DNA of 36,987 nt, taken from Spirochaetia bacterium. GTDB lineage: Bacteria > Spirochaetota > Spirochaetia > SZUA-6 > Fen-1364. Positions 19,172-27,308 of the stretch are shown here, piece after piece. The notes beneath the pieces are model-generated. The model made no database searches. It saw only the letters and a list, made by a program, of their open reading frames with translations, and was not told where the DNA came from. The position numbers were made by a program, and so were the translations under genes. The stretch covers positions 1-36,987 of the forward strand of contig DASRZR010000429.1 of the NCBI GenBank assembly GCA_035686185.1, read 5' to 3'. The stretch's first letter is position 1, and each line of letters starts with the position of its first letter.

Positions 19172-20233
19172 GTGCAACCGCCCACTGCCCCGGAGCCGGT
19201 CAGACTGGACGATACCGCCGGCGCGCTCGTCATCCTGGACCAGACACGGCTGCCGGCGGAGGTCGTGCACCGCAGCCTTCGCGCGCCCGAGGAAGTCAGG
19301 GAGGCCATCTACGAGCTTCGGGTGCGGGGCGCCCCGGCCATCGGGATCGCGGCTGCCTACGGCGCGTACCTCGCCGTGCGTCACGCATCCTCGCGCACCC
19401 GGGATGGACTCTCCGACGCGCTGGCCCGTGCCGCGGCGGTCATCGGTTCCGCTCGGCCCACGGCGGTCAACCTCGCGTGGGCGCTGGACCGGATGCGCGC
19501 CCGCTTTTCCCGGGAGCAGGGGGCGGACCCGGAGGAGATCACCGCCGCGCTGCGGGAGGAGGCGCACGCCATCCGGGCCGAGGACGAGGAGGTCTGCCGG
19601 CGTATCGGCGAGCACGCGCTGGGCCTGCTGCGGCCGGGATGGGGCCTTCTCACGCACTGCAACGCCGGCGCCCTTGCCACGGCCCGATGGGGCACGGCCA
19701 CCGCCGCCATCTACCTGGGGGCGGAACGGGGGTACGGGTTTGCCGTGTACGCGGACGAGACCCGCCCGCTGCTGCAGGGGGCGCGGCTGACGGCCTGGGA
19801 GCTCTCGCGCGCCGGGATCCCGGTGACGCTGATCTGCGACTCCATGGCCTCCGTGGTGATGAAGCAGGGGCGGATCCAGGCCGTGCTCGTCGGATGTGAC
19901 CGGGTGGCGGCCAACGGGGACGCGGCGAACAAGATCGGCACCTCCGGTGTCGCGGTGCTGGCTCGACACTACGGGATCCCGTTCTACGTGCATGCGCCGA
20001 TGTCGTCCGTGGACTTCTCCTGCCCGGACGGCGGGCACATCCCCATCGAGCAGAGGCCGGGCACGGAAGTGACGGAGAAGTGGTATTGCCGGCGCATGGC
20101 ACCGGAAGGTATCTCGGTGTACAATCCGGCCTTCGATGTCACCGACCACGAGCTGATCACCGCGATCGTCACGGAGCACGGAGTGGCCCGGCCACCGTTC
20201 CGAGAAACCCTTGTGCGAGGCGGCGCTCCCTGA
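19172..20233 (+). CDS. mtnA: S-methyl-5-thioribose-1-phosphate isomerase
   Basis: LVILDQTRLP, VRGAPAIGIAAAYG, RPTAVNL, LTHCNAG, ADETRPLLQGARLTAWEL, GCDRVAANGDAANKIGT and NPAFDVT. GTG 19172 is chosen because it gives a family-typical N-terminus and sits behind TTGACA-N17-CAGAGT-N6. ATG 19046 is the alternative. Confidence 0.85.
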   Translation: MQPPTAPEPVRLDDTAGALVILDQTRLPAEVVHRSLRAPEEVREAIYELRVRGAPAIGIAAAYGAYLAVRHASSRTRDGLSDALARAAAVIGSARPTAVNLAWALDRMRARFSREQGADPEEITAALREEAHAIRAEDEEVCRRIGEHALGLLRPGWGLLTHCNAGALATARWGTATAAIYLGAERGYGFAVYADETRPLLQGARLTAWELSRAGIPVTLICDSMASVVMKQGRIQAVLVGCDRVAANGDAANKIGTSGVAVLARHYGIPFYVHAPMSSVDFSCPDGGHIPIEQRPGTEVTEKWYCRRMAPEGISVYNPAFDVTDHELITAIVTEHGVARPPFRETLVRGGAP

Positions 20234-20267
20234 CGCGCGGCGTGCGGCTCTGCCGAAGGAGGAGAAC

Positions 20268-21095
20268 GTGATCCCGGGGTTCCGCGCGCGGGCGCTCGCG
20301 CTGCTTGTCGGCACCTGGCTTCTCCTCGCCACGGCCGGCGCGGGAGCGCAGAGCGCTGTCGATGCCTCGGCGGACGCCCGCACCGTTGTGGCCGCCTGGT
20401 CGATCAGTGGCGGCACGGCCCGGCCGGACCCGTCCGTCAGCATGGCGGCGGATCGCCGCGCCGCCTTCGACGCGGTGGAGGCCTACGTATGGTCCGCGCT
20501 TCCCCCGGACGCGAAGGCCCGCGTCTCCCGCCTGGAGCTGTTCGTCGTCCCCGGCAGCGTCGAGAACGCCTCGGACGGCACCGCCGCGGAGAACGACGAC
20601 GGGACGACCTGGACGCTGGGCCTCGACGACGGGGAAGCGGAGAGCGCCGTCCTCGGCGGCGACCCGTCAGACGAGGGAACCTTCGACGAGGTGGTGGCCC
20701 ACGAGGTGGGGCACGTGCTGTCCCTGAACAGGGACCAGCGGGCCGACCGCGGCACCGCGGGAACCTACGCGGACGACGAGGGTGCGTTCGCTGCCTCCTC
20801 CTATCTGAACCGTTTCTACCAGCGGTTCTGGAAGGGGCACTACGCGGACTGGTCCGCCGACGCCGACGCGGACCAGTCCTCCCGCGTGTACGACCGGCAT
20901 CCCGATTCCTTTGTCACGGAATACGCCGCCACGGATCCGTCGGAGGATTTCGCGGAATCGTTTGCCTACTTCGTGCTCGGGCGGCGCACCACGTCACAGA
21001 CGGAGCGCGGGGAGAAGATCCGCTTCTTCTATGGCTTTCCCGATCTCGTGAAGGACCGGGACGCCATGCGGGCGTCCCTGTCCAGCGTCCGCTGA
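20268..21095 (+). CDS. Secreted HEXXH zinc-metallopeptidase-like protein
   Basis: GTG 20268 lies behind AGGAGG. Signal peptide …LALLVGTWLLLATAGAGAQS. HEVGH plus a downstream TEYAATDPSEDFAESFAYF (third-ligand Glu context seen in M34/ATLF-like zincins). Confidence 0.6.
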   Translation: MIPGFRARALALLVGTWLLLATAGAGAQSAVDASADARTVVAAWSISGGTARPDPSVSMAADRRAAFDAVEAYVWSALPPDAKARVSRLELFVVPGSVENASDGTAAENDDGTTWTLGLDDGEAESAVLGGDPSDEGTFDEVVAHEVGHVLSLNRDQRADRGTAGTYADDEGAFAASSYLNRFYQRFWKGHYADWSADADADQSSRVYDRHPDSFVTEYAATDPSEDFAESFAYFVLGRRTTSQTERGEKIRFFYGFPDLVKDRDAMRASLSSVR

Positions 21096-21128
21096 GCGCC
21101 GACGGGACGCGGCGCCGGCCGGGTCCGA

Positions 21129-21743
21129 CTACCTCGCCTTTTCCACCGGGTGGCGCAGGATGGTGCGCAGCTTCTCCGGCGCCGAACGTTGGGGGTCTCC
21201 CAGGTAGATCTCGTGGTGGCGGCCCCTCAGGCGACAGCCCTGTTCCCGGACGAACGCATGCAGTCGATCGATGGTAGCGCCCTCCGTGGCGTATGGCCCC
21301 ACGTGCAGGACCTGGGCGGATCTTCCCTCCGTGAACCGCTCGAACCGCACGGGGGGGAACTCCGGGAACTTCGCCTTCTTCTTTGCATCGGCCACCGCTT
21401 TCTTCACGTGCGCGGCCGTCACCACGTCCGGCAGCACGATGAACAGCGTCCACCTCCACGTTTCGCGCCGGGCCGCGCGCCAGTTCTCGGGGTCATCCGT
21501 GCTCCACAGCCCTTCCAGCGCCATCACCGGGTAGTCAATGGAGTGTTCCTTCTTGAACGTGAACTTCAGCGTGTAGGCCACGCTGTACAGCGAGCCCACC
21601 GCTTCCTGGAACGCGCCGGATTCCGGCGCGCCAATCCCGTCCACCATGAGGCAGCCCATTGACGGCACCTGGACGAGCGCCGGCCGGGCGGCGGAGGCTG
21701 AGTACAGGGGCTTCAGGTCCTTTTTCAAATCGATCGTTTTCAT
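21129..21743 (-). CDS. GyrI-like small-molecule-binding domain protein
   Basis: 204 aa, MKTIDLKKDLKPLYSASA…QVLHVGPY…HEIYLGDPQRSAPEKLRTILRHPV. AAGGGAG SD upstream of ATG 21743. Confidence 0.75.
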   Translation of the reverse strand: MKTIDLKKDLKPLYSASAARPALVQVPSMGCLMVDGIGAPESGAFQEAVGSLYSVAYTLKFTFKKEHSIDYPVMALEGLWSTDDPENWRAARRETWRWTLFIVLPDVVTAAHVKKAVADAKKKAKFPEFPPVRFERFTEGRSAQVLHVGPYATEGATIDRLHAFVREQGCRLRGRHHEIYLGDPQRSAPEKLRTILRHPVEKAR

Positions 21744-21760
21744 GGCGCCGTTGCTCCCTT

Positions 21761-22076
21761 CTACATCGGCCGGAGGGGGACGTACAGGTCGAACGTGAAC
21801 CGTGGGCGGCGGCCCGCTCCCGGCTCGCCGAGATACGACTCGAAGCAGGGCGCGTCGTCCGGCTGCCAGCCGCTTCGGGGAAGCCACTGCCCGTACAGGT
21901 AGCCATAGGCCGCGGAGAAGATCCGCTCCGTAACGGGCCTCCGCCGCCAGGCGGGAGAGCGGGATTTCGGAGGCAAGCTCCCGATCGATGAGCCTCAGGG
22001 CGGCGTTGATTCGCCGGTGGTATTCCTGGCGAGTGTGCGGGGATGGGGCGCCCACGTGGCCTTCCGTGGCTCCCAC
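21761..22076 (-). pseudogene. Remnant of an AraC-family regulator with a GyrI-like effector domain (internal deletion plus frame change)
   Basis: One frame gives a typical AraC/GyrI-regulator N-terminus (QEYHRRINAALRLIDRELASEIPLSRLAAEA) and then loses similarity near 21936. A different frame (ORF 21761..21976) gives a typical GyrI-domain C-terminus (IFSAAYGYLYGQWLPRSGWQPDDAPCFESYLGEP…RFTFDLYVPLRP). The second HTH and most of the effector domain are absent. Confidence 0.45.
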
Positions 22077-22151
22077 GGTAGCACGCCCGGGGGTTGCCGT
22101 CAGCGGGCCTCCCGCACGGACACGGGGTTCCTGCGCGTGCTACGCTGCCAC

Positions 22152-22973
22152 ATGATCGTTCTCCTGACCGGCTCCACGGGCGGCATCGGTCGGGCTCTCG
22201 CGACTGCCCTCGCCAGCCGGGGCGAGTCTCTCCTCCTGCACGGCAGAGACCGGCAGAAGGTGGAGCAGCTCGCGACGGAGCTCTCCGCGGCCCCGCCGGC
22301 TGCCCCTGCCTCGCCGCTGGTGGCGGACCTCGCTTCCCTGGCGGAGACCGCGGGGCTGGCGGGCCGGGTCGCCGCGCTCGGCGGGGTGGACGTGCTCATC
22401 AACAACGCGGGGGTAGGATTCGGCAGGGACGGGAACCGGCGCGAGACGAGCCGGGACGGGTTCGAGCTGCGGTTCGCCGTGAACTATCTCGCCCCGTTCC
22501 TCCTCACCGAGGAGCTCCTTGGCGGCCGCGCCGTGCGCCAGGCCGTGATCAACGTGGCGTCCGCCGGCCAGGAAGAGGTGGACCTGGCGGACCTGATGAT
22601 GGAGCGCGGCTACAGCGGCGTGAGCGCCTACTGCCGGAGCAAGCTGGCGCTCATCATGGCCACGCGCACCTGGGCGGCGCGCCACCCGTTGCTTCAGGTG
22701 CAGTCCCTCCATCCCGGCACCTACCTGGACACCGGCATGGTGCGCGAAGCCGGCATACGGCCCTTGGGGCCGGTGTCTACCGGGGTGCAGTCCATCCTGG
22801 CCGTCATGGACGGCGCGCTGCGCGGCGGAGAGTCCGGCCGGTATTTCGATCAATCCCGTCCGTCCCGTGCCCGGGGCCAGGCGTACGACGAGGCGGCGCT
22901 CGGGAAGCTTCGCGAGGCAAGCCTGGCGCTGGTGGCTCCTTTCCGCACCCCGCCGGGAGGAGCGCATGCCTGA
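22152..22973 (+). CDS. Classical short-chain dehydrogenase/reductase (SDR)
   Basis: TGSTGGIGRALA (TGxxxGxG), NNAG and the catalytic YCRSK (YxxxK). Confidence 0.85.
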   Translation: MIVLLTGSTGGIGRALATALASRGESLLLHGRDRQKVEQLATELSAAPPAAPASPLVADLASLAETAGLAGRVAALGGVDVLINNAGVGFGRDGNRRETSRDGFELRFAVNYLAPFLLTEELLGGRAVRQAVINVASAGQEEVDLADLMMERGYSGVSAYCRSKLALIMATRTWAARHPLLQVQSLHPGTYLDTGMVREAGIRPLGPVSTGVQSILAVMDGALRGGESGRYFDQSRPSRARGQAYDEAALGKLREASLALVAPFRTPPGGAHA

Positions 22974-23292
22974 GCCGGAGGTTCACTACCAGGACATCGC
23001 GCCGGACGAGCGGGCCATGGACTGGCGGGTGACCGCTCGCATCATGGCGGACAGGGTGCTCATGAAGACGCTGGAGGACTCTCAGGCAGGCGGAGAAAAG
23101 CATGCCGTGGTGGCGCGGGTGGAGAACGGGGAGTTGGTGGAGGCGTGGGTCAGTCCGGAGGCCGCCGTGAAGAAGAGCTTCCCCTTTGCACCCGTCGAGC
23201 AGGCGTTTGCCGCCTACCGGACCGGCCGCGGGGTGTGCCTCCTGCTCCTGCGCGACAACAAGGCTGTCATCTCCATCAACGGAGTCCGCTAG
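22966..23292 (+). CDS. Hypothetical small protein (108 aa), translationally coupled to the SDR
   Basis: ATG 22966 overlaps the SDR 3' end by 8 nt and is preceded by GGGAGGAG. GC-rich third positions. No family recognised. Confidence 0.5.
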   Translation: MPEPEVHYQDIAPDERAMDWRVTARIMADRVLMKTLEDSQAGGEKHAVVARVENGELVEAWVSPEAAVKKSFPFAPVEQAFAAYRTGRGVCLLLLRDNKAVISINGVR

Positions 23293-23352
23293 AGCGCGGG
23301 CCGGCGCGGCCGTCCCTATGCGTGGCGTCCGCCGCGCAGTATCTTAGCCGGC

Positions 23353-24114
23353 ATGCCACTCAGCAAGATGCAGATTTCCGAGCTCCTGGAGGAGAACCGC
23401 GACCACGACTGCGAGGGGATGGGGAAGAACCACATCTGCGTGCGCATCGCGGCCATCGCGGACCTTCCGTCCCGGTTCGGCCAGTTCCAGGTGGTCGCCT
23501 TCTGGAACAACCGTGACGGCAAGGAGCACGCCGCGTTCGTTCACGGCGACGTGACCGGAAGCGAGGACGTTCCCGTGCGCCTGCACTCCGAGTGCCTGAC
23601 CGGGGATGCCATCGGCTCGCTGCGCTGCGACTGCCGGGACCAGCTGGAGGCGGCGCTCACGGCCCTGGGTTCCATGGAAAAAGGCGTGCTGCTGTACCTG
23701 CGCCAGGAGGGTCGGGGGATCGGCCTCCTGAACAAGATCCGGGCGTACGGGCTGCAGGACCACGGCCTGGACACGGTGGAGGCGAACATCGCGCTGGGGT
23801 TCCGTGACGACGAGCGGGACTACAGCGTGGCCGCGCACATGCTGCTTTCCCTGAAGATCCAGTCCGTGAAACTCATGACGAACAACCCCCGCAAGATTGG
23901 CGGCCTGGAAGCCCTCGGGGTGAAGGTGTCGGGCCGGATCCCGCTCGTCATGAAGCCTACCGAGTACAACCGCTTCTACCTGGAAACCAAGCGCCGCAAG
24001 TCCGGCCACCTCCTGGACGGGCTGGGGAAAGAGCACCTGCCGGAACAGCTCGACGTGCCGGTGCTGGAAGGGATGAGCGCGGCGGACGCGCAGGACATCC
24101 AGGAGCAGAACTGA
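23353..24114 (+). CDS. ribA: GTP cyclohydrolase II
   Basis: VRLHSECLTGDAIGSLRCDCRDQL (Zn Cys triad), LYLRQEGRGIGL, DTVEAN and KLMTNNPRK. Confidence 0.9.
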   Translation: MPLSKMQISELLEENRDHDCEGMGKNHICVRIAAIADLPSRFGQFQVVAFWNNRDGKEHAAFVHGDVTGSEDVPVRLHSECLTGDAIGSLRCDCRDQLEAALTALGSMEKGVLLYLRQEGRGIGLLNKIRAYGLQDHGLDTVEANIALGFRDDERDYSVAAHMLLSLKIQSVKLMTNNPRKIGGLEALGVKVSGRIPLVMKPTEYNRFYLETKRRKSGHLLDGLGKEHLPEQLDVPVLEGMSAADAQDIQEQN

Positions 24115-24162
24115 ACGGCGCCGACTGCCCGGCGGGGGCACCCCCGTCCACGGCGCGTCGCC

Positions 24163-24204
24163 AAAAAAAGACGGGCCCCGGCGCGTGTGCGCGGGGCCCG
24201 TTTT
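24163..24204. terminator. Bidirectional rho-independent terminator between convergent ribA and the ABC operon
   Basis: Perfect 9-bp GC stem cgggccccg (24172-24180) / cggggcccg (24192-24200) with an 11-nt loop. It is flanked by A7 (24163-24169) upstream and TTTT (24201-24204) downstream. Confidence 0.6.
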
Positions 24205-24222
24205 CTCAGACCGAGACCAGTC

Positions 24223-25251
24223 CTAGTACACCGTCTTCCAGTCCTCGATGTTGGTCTTGTCGAACTTGAACGGAGGGCCAAGCAGGACCTCGGTCCCGCC
24301 GTCCGGCGCCTGGGTGATGGTGTAGTCGCCAAGGCGTCCGGCCTTGAACTTGTCACCCACCTTGCCGGTGATCGTGCCCTTCACGAGGGCCGTGGCCACG
24401 TATGAGCCCAGGTACCCCACGTCGATGGGGTTCCACAGGAACATGTAGGGGCACACGCCGCTCTCGATGTAGGTGGCCATCTCGGACGGAAGCCCGAGGC
24501 CGGTGAGGAACACCTTGCCGCCCAGGTGCTTGTCCGTGAGGACCTTGCCCGCGGCCGCAATGCCGACCGTGGTGGGGGCAATGATGACCTTCAGCTTCGG
24601 ATAGGAGGCCAGCAGCCCCTGGGCCTCGGAGACCGACTTGTCACGCAGGTCGTCACCGTAGGCGATCTTCACGAGGTGAAGGTTCGCGTACTTCGGGTCC
24701 TGCAGGTCCTTCTTCATGAAGTCGATCCAGAGGTTCTGGTTCGTCGCCTGGCTGGTGGCGGACAGGATGGCGATGTCGCCGCTCCCGCCGGCCATGTCGT
24801 AAGCGGCTTCCACCAGCGTGCTCCCGATCTTCGCGGAGTCGGCCTGGTTCACGTGCGTCAGGCGGCTCGCCGGGTTGACGCCGGAGTCAAGGGAGAACAC
24901 CTTGATCCCCGCGTTCTTCGCCTTCGTGAGCACCGGCTGCAGCGCGTCCTTGTCGTTGCCGACGATGCAGATCGCCGCCACGTGCTGGGCGATGAGCTGC
25001 TCGATGATCGCGATCTGGCCTTCCGCGGTGGGCTGATCCGGCGCGCGGAGAATGGCCTGGAAGCCCTGCTCCTTGATGCCGGCCTCGAACCCGCTCATCT
25101 GCTTGTCCCCGTACGGGTTGCCCGTGTTCTTGAACACGATGGCGTACGTGTTGCTCACCGGCTTGGCGCAGCCGGCGGCGAACGCGAGGACGAGCAGGGT
25201 GACCACCGCGATCGCGGTGATCATGGCCCCTCTTCTGAAAACTCTTCGCAT
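24223..25251 (-). CDS. Sugar ABC transporter substrate-binding lipoprotein (RhaS / LsrB-type periplasmic binding protein)
   Basis: Lipobox LAFAAGC. YAIVFKNTGNPY…PTAEGQIAIIEQLIAQHVAAICIVGNDKDAL…IKVFSLDS is typical of the rhamnose/AI-2 binding-protein clade. GGAGGAGG SD. Confidence 0.85.
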   Translation of the reverse strand: MRRVFRRGAMITAIAVVTLLVLAFAAGCAKPVSNTYAIVFKNTGNPYGDKQMSGFEAGIKEQGFQAILRAPDQPTAEGQIAIIEQLIAQHVAAICIVGNDKDALQPVLTKAKNAGIKVFSLDSGVNPASRLTHVNQADSAKIGSTLVEAAYDMAGGSGDIAILSATSQATNQNLWIDFMKKDLQDPKYANLHLVKIAYGDDLRDKSVSEAQGLLASYPKLKVIIAPTTVGIAAAGKVLTDKHLGGKVFLTGLGLPSEMATYIESGVCPYMFLWNPIDVGYLGSYVATALVKGTITGKVGDKFKAGRLGDYTITQAPDGGTEVLLGPPFKFDKTNIEDWKTVY

Positions 25252-25263
25252 AGGTACCTCCTC

Positions 25264-26310
25264 CTATGGGTTTCTGTCTTCGTTCGGTTGTCCTTCGCCG
25301 GCGACCATTTTCGCCGCGGCGGGCACCGAACGTTGATGCCTGTTACGGAAGCGTACATTGAGCACGAGCACGGAGAGAATCAAGAGCAACCCGACGATGA
25401 TCAGGAGCGACTGCGCCTGGATGTTCACCAGGCCCAGGCCGTAGTTCAGGAACCCGATGATGAAGATGGCGAGCAGCGGGCCCCCGATGCGGCCCTTGCC
25501 TCCCGCCGTGCTCACCCCGCCGAGCACCACCATGGCGATGACCGACAGCTCATAGCCCTGCGCCACGTTCGGCCGGGTGCTTCCCATCCGGGAGGTGAGG
25601 AACAGGGAGGTGAAGCCCGCCATGAGGCCGGTGAGCACGAACACGGTCACGATCACCGCGTCGGTCTTCACGCCGGAGTAGCGGGACGCGGTGAGGTTGT
25701 TCCCGATGGCAAAGACACGGCGGCCGAAGCTCGTGGAGTGCAGGAGCAGGCCGAAGATCACCGCGCAGGCGGCGAACGCCACCAGGATGATGGGCACCCC
25801 GCCCACCGATCCCCATCCCAGGGCCGCGTACCAGGACGGGAAGTCCCCCGACGCCTGGTCGGTGAGGATCACGTACGCGATGCCGCGGTAGATGATCATC
25901 GTGGCCAGCGTCACGATGACGGCGGACAGCTCCTTGAAGCGCGTGATGAGGATGCCGTTGATCAGGCCGCACACGGTGGCCACCGCCAGGCACAGGAGGG
26001 CGGCCAGGGGCATGGGCAGTCCCGCGTGGAAGGACACGGCCATGATCACGGCCGACAGCGCGGCCGTGGAGGCCACGGAGATGTCGATCATCCCCAGGAT
26101 GATCACCATGGTCATGGGCAGGACGAGGAACGCCTGGTCCAGGAAGGTCTGCGGCGTGGAGAGGAACGTGTCCGCGGTGAGGTAGTAGGGGGACAGCGTG
26201 CTGTTGACGATGTTGACCACGATGAAGATGAGCACCAGCAGCCACTCCCACTGCAGGAAGAAGCTCCGCCAGCTCCACCCCTTGTCCACCCGGATCGACC
26301 GTTCCGCCAT
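25264..26310 (-). CDS. Sugar ABC transporter permease (RhaQ/RbsC-type)
   Basis: About 10 hydrophobic spans, GIDISVAS and RVFAIGNN…A..SGV motifs. ATG 26310 lies behind AGGAG. The longer ORF-track start overlaps the upstream permease out of frame. Confidence 0.85.
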   Translation of the reverse strand: MAERSIRVDKGWSWRSFFLQWEWLLVLIFIVVNIVNSTLSPYYLTADTFLSTPQTFLDQAFLVLPMTMVIILGMIDISVASTAALSAVIMAVSFHAGLPMPLAALLCLAVATVCGLINGILITRFKELSAVIVTLATMIIYRGIAYVILTDQASGDFPSWYAALGWGSVGGVPIILVAFAACAVIFGLLLHSTSFGRRVFAIGNNLTASRYSGVKTDAVIVTVFVLTGLMAGFTSLFLTSRMGSTRPNVAQGYELSVIAMVVLGGVSTAGGKGRIGGPLLAIFIIGFLNYGLGLVNIQAQSLLIIVGLLLILSVLVLNVRFRNRHQRSVPAAAKMVAGEGQPNEDRNP

Positions 26311-26321
26311 TGCCCGCGCTC

Positions 26322-27308
26322 CTATATCGCCCGTCGGCGCAGCGCGAAGCGCTGGCTGTTGCGCTTGACCATCACGTTGACGAGGACCGCCGCCAGGATG
26401 ACGACCCCCTGGATGGCCTGCTGCCAGAACGGAGACACGTTGATGAGCGGCAGCGCGTTGTTCAGGATCCCGAACAGGATCGTCCCGAGGATGAGCCCGG
26501 ATACCTTGCCGCTGCCCCCCGCGATGCTCACCCCGCCCAGCACGGTGGCCGCGATGACGCTGAGCTCGAACCCCATGGCCGTGTCGCTCTGCGCGGAGGC
26601 GAACTTCGCCACCCAGATCACGCCGCCGAGGCCGGCCAGCGCTCCCTGGATCGTGTACACGAGCAGGATGATGCGCCGCCGGGGAATGCCCGAGATGTCG
26701 GCCGCCTCCGGGTTGGAGCCCACCGCGTAGATCTGGCGGCCCGTCTTCATGTGGTTGATGAAGTAGAAGAAGGCCAGGTTGATCACCACCGCGATGATGA
26801 TGGGCGTGCTGATGCCGGCCACCCCGCCCGTGGCGATGCCCTTGAACCCGTCCGACATCTGGTAGGCGCTCACCCACGCGCCCTTGCTCACCACGTACGT
26901 GAGCCCGCGCAGCACGTTCATGAACCCGAGCGTGGCGATGATGGGCAGGACGTTGAACCGGGCAATCAGGATCCCGATCAGAACGCCGGCCACCGTGCCC
27001 ACCGCCATGCCCTCCAGGACGGAGACGAGCGGCGAAATGGCGCGGAAGGAGTTCACCGTGAGGGCGCTCACCATCCCGGCGAGCGCGATGGTGGCGCCCA
27101 CGGAGAGGTCGATGCCGCGCGTGAGGATGACCATCATCATGCCCACGGACAGGATGCTCAGGATGGCCGTGTTGGTGAGCAGGTCCCCGATGTTGGACAG
27201 CGTCAGGAACGCGGGGTTTCGAAGCTGCACGGCCACGCAGATGATGACGATGAACACCAGAAGGCCCAGCTCGCGGAAGCTCTCGCTCGCGGTGGCGGTC
27301 CGCTTCAT
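26322..27308 (-). CDS. Sugar ABC transporter permease (RhaP/RbsC-type)
   Basis: Polytopic. TRGIDLSVGA and QIYAVGSNPEAADISGI motifs. ATGA-type overlap with the ATPase gene 3' end. Confidence 0.85.
   Translation of the reverse strand: MKRTATASESFRELGLLVFIVIICVAVQLRNPAFLTLSNIGDLLTNTAILSILSVGMMMVILTRGIDLSVGATIALAGMVSALTVNSFRAISPLVSVLEGMAVGTVAGVLIGILIARFNVLPIIATLGFMNVLRGLTYVVSKGAWVSAYQMSDGFKGIATGGVAGISTPIIIAVVINLAFFYFINHMKTGRQIYAVGSNPEAADISGIPRRRIILLVYTIQGALAGLGGVIWVAKFASAQSDTAMGFELSVIAATVLGGVSIAGGSGKVSGLILGTILFGILNNALPLINVSPFWQQAIQGVVILAAVLVNVMVKRNSQRFALRRRAI

Noticed and set aside
23293-23352. A possible FMN riboswitch upstream of ribA.
   Set aside because: The intergenic region is only 60 nt, far too short for an FMN element. 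The -10-like box sits 7 nt from the ATG, implying essentially no leader.
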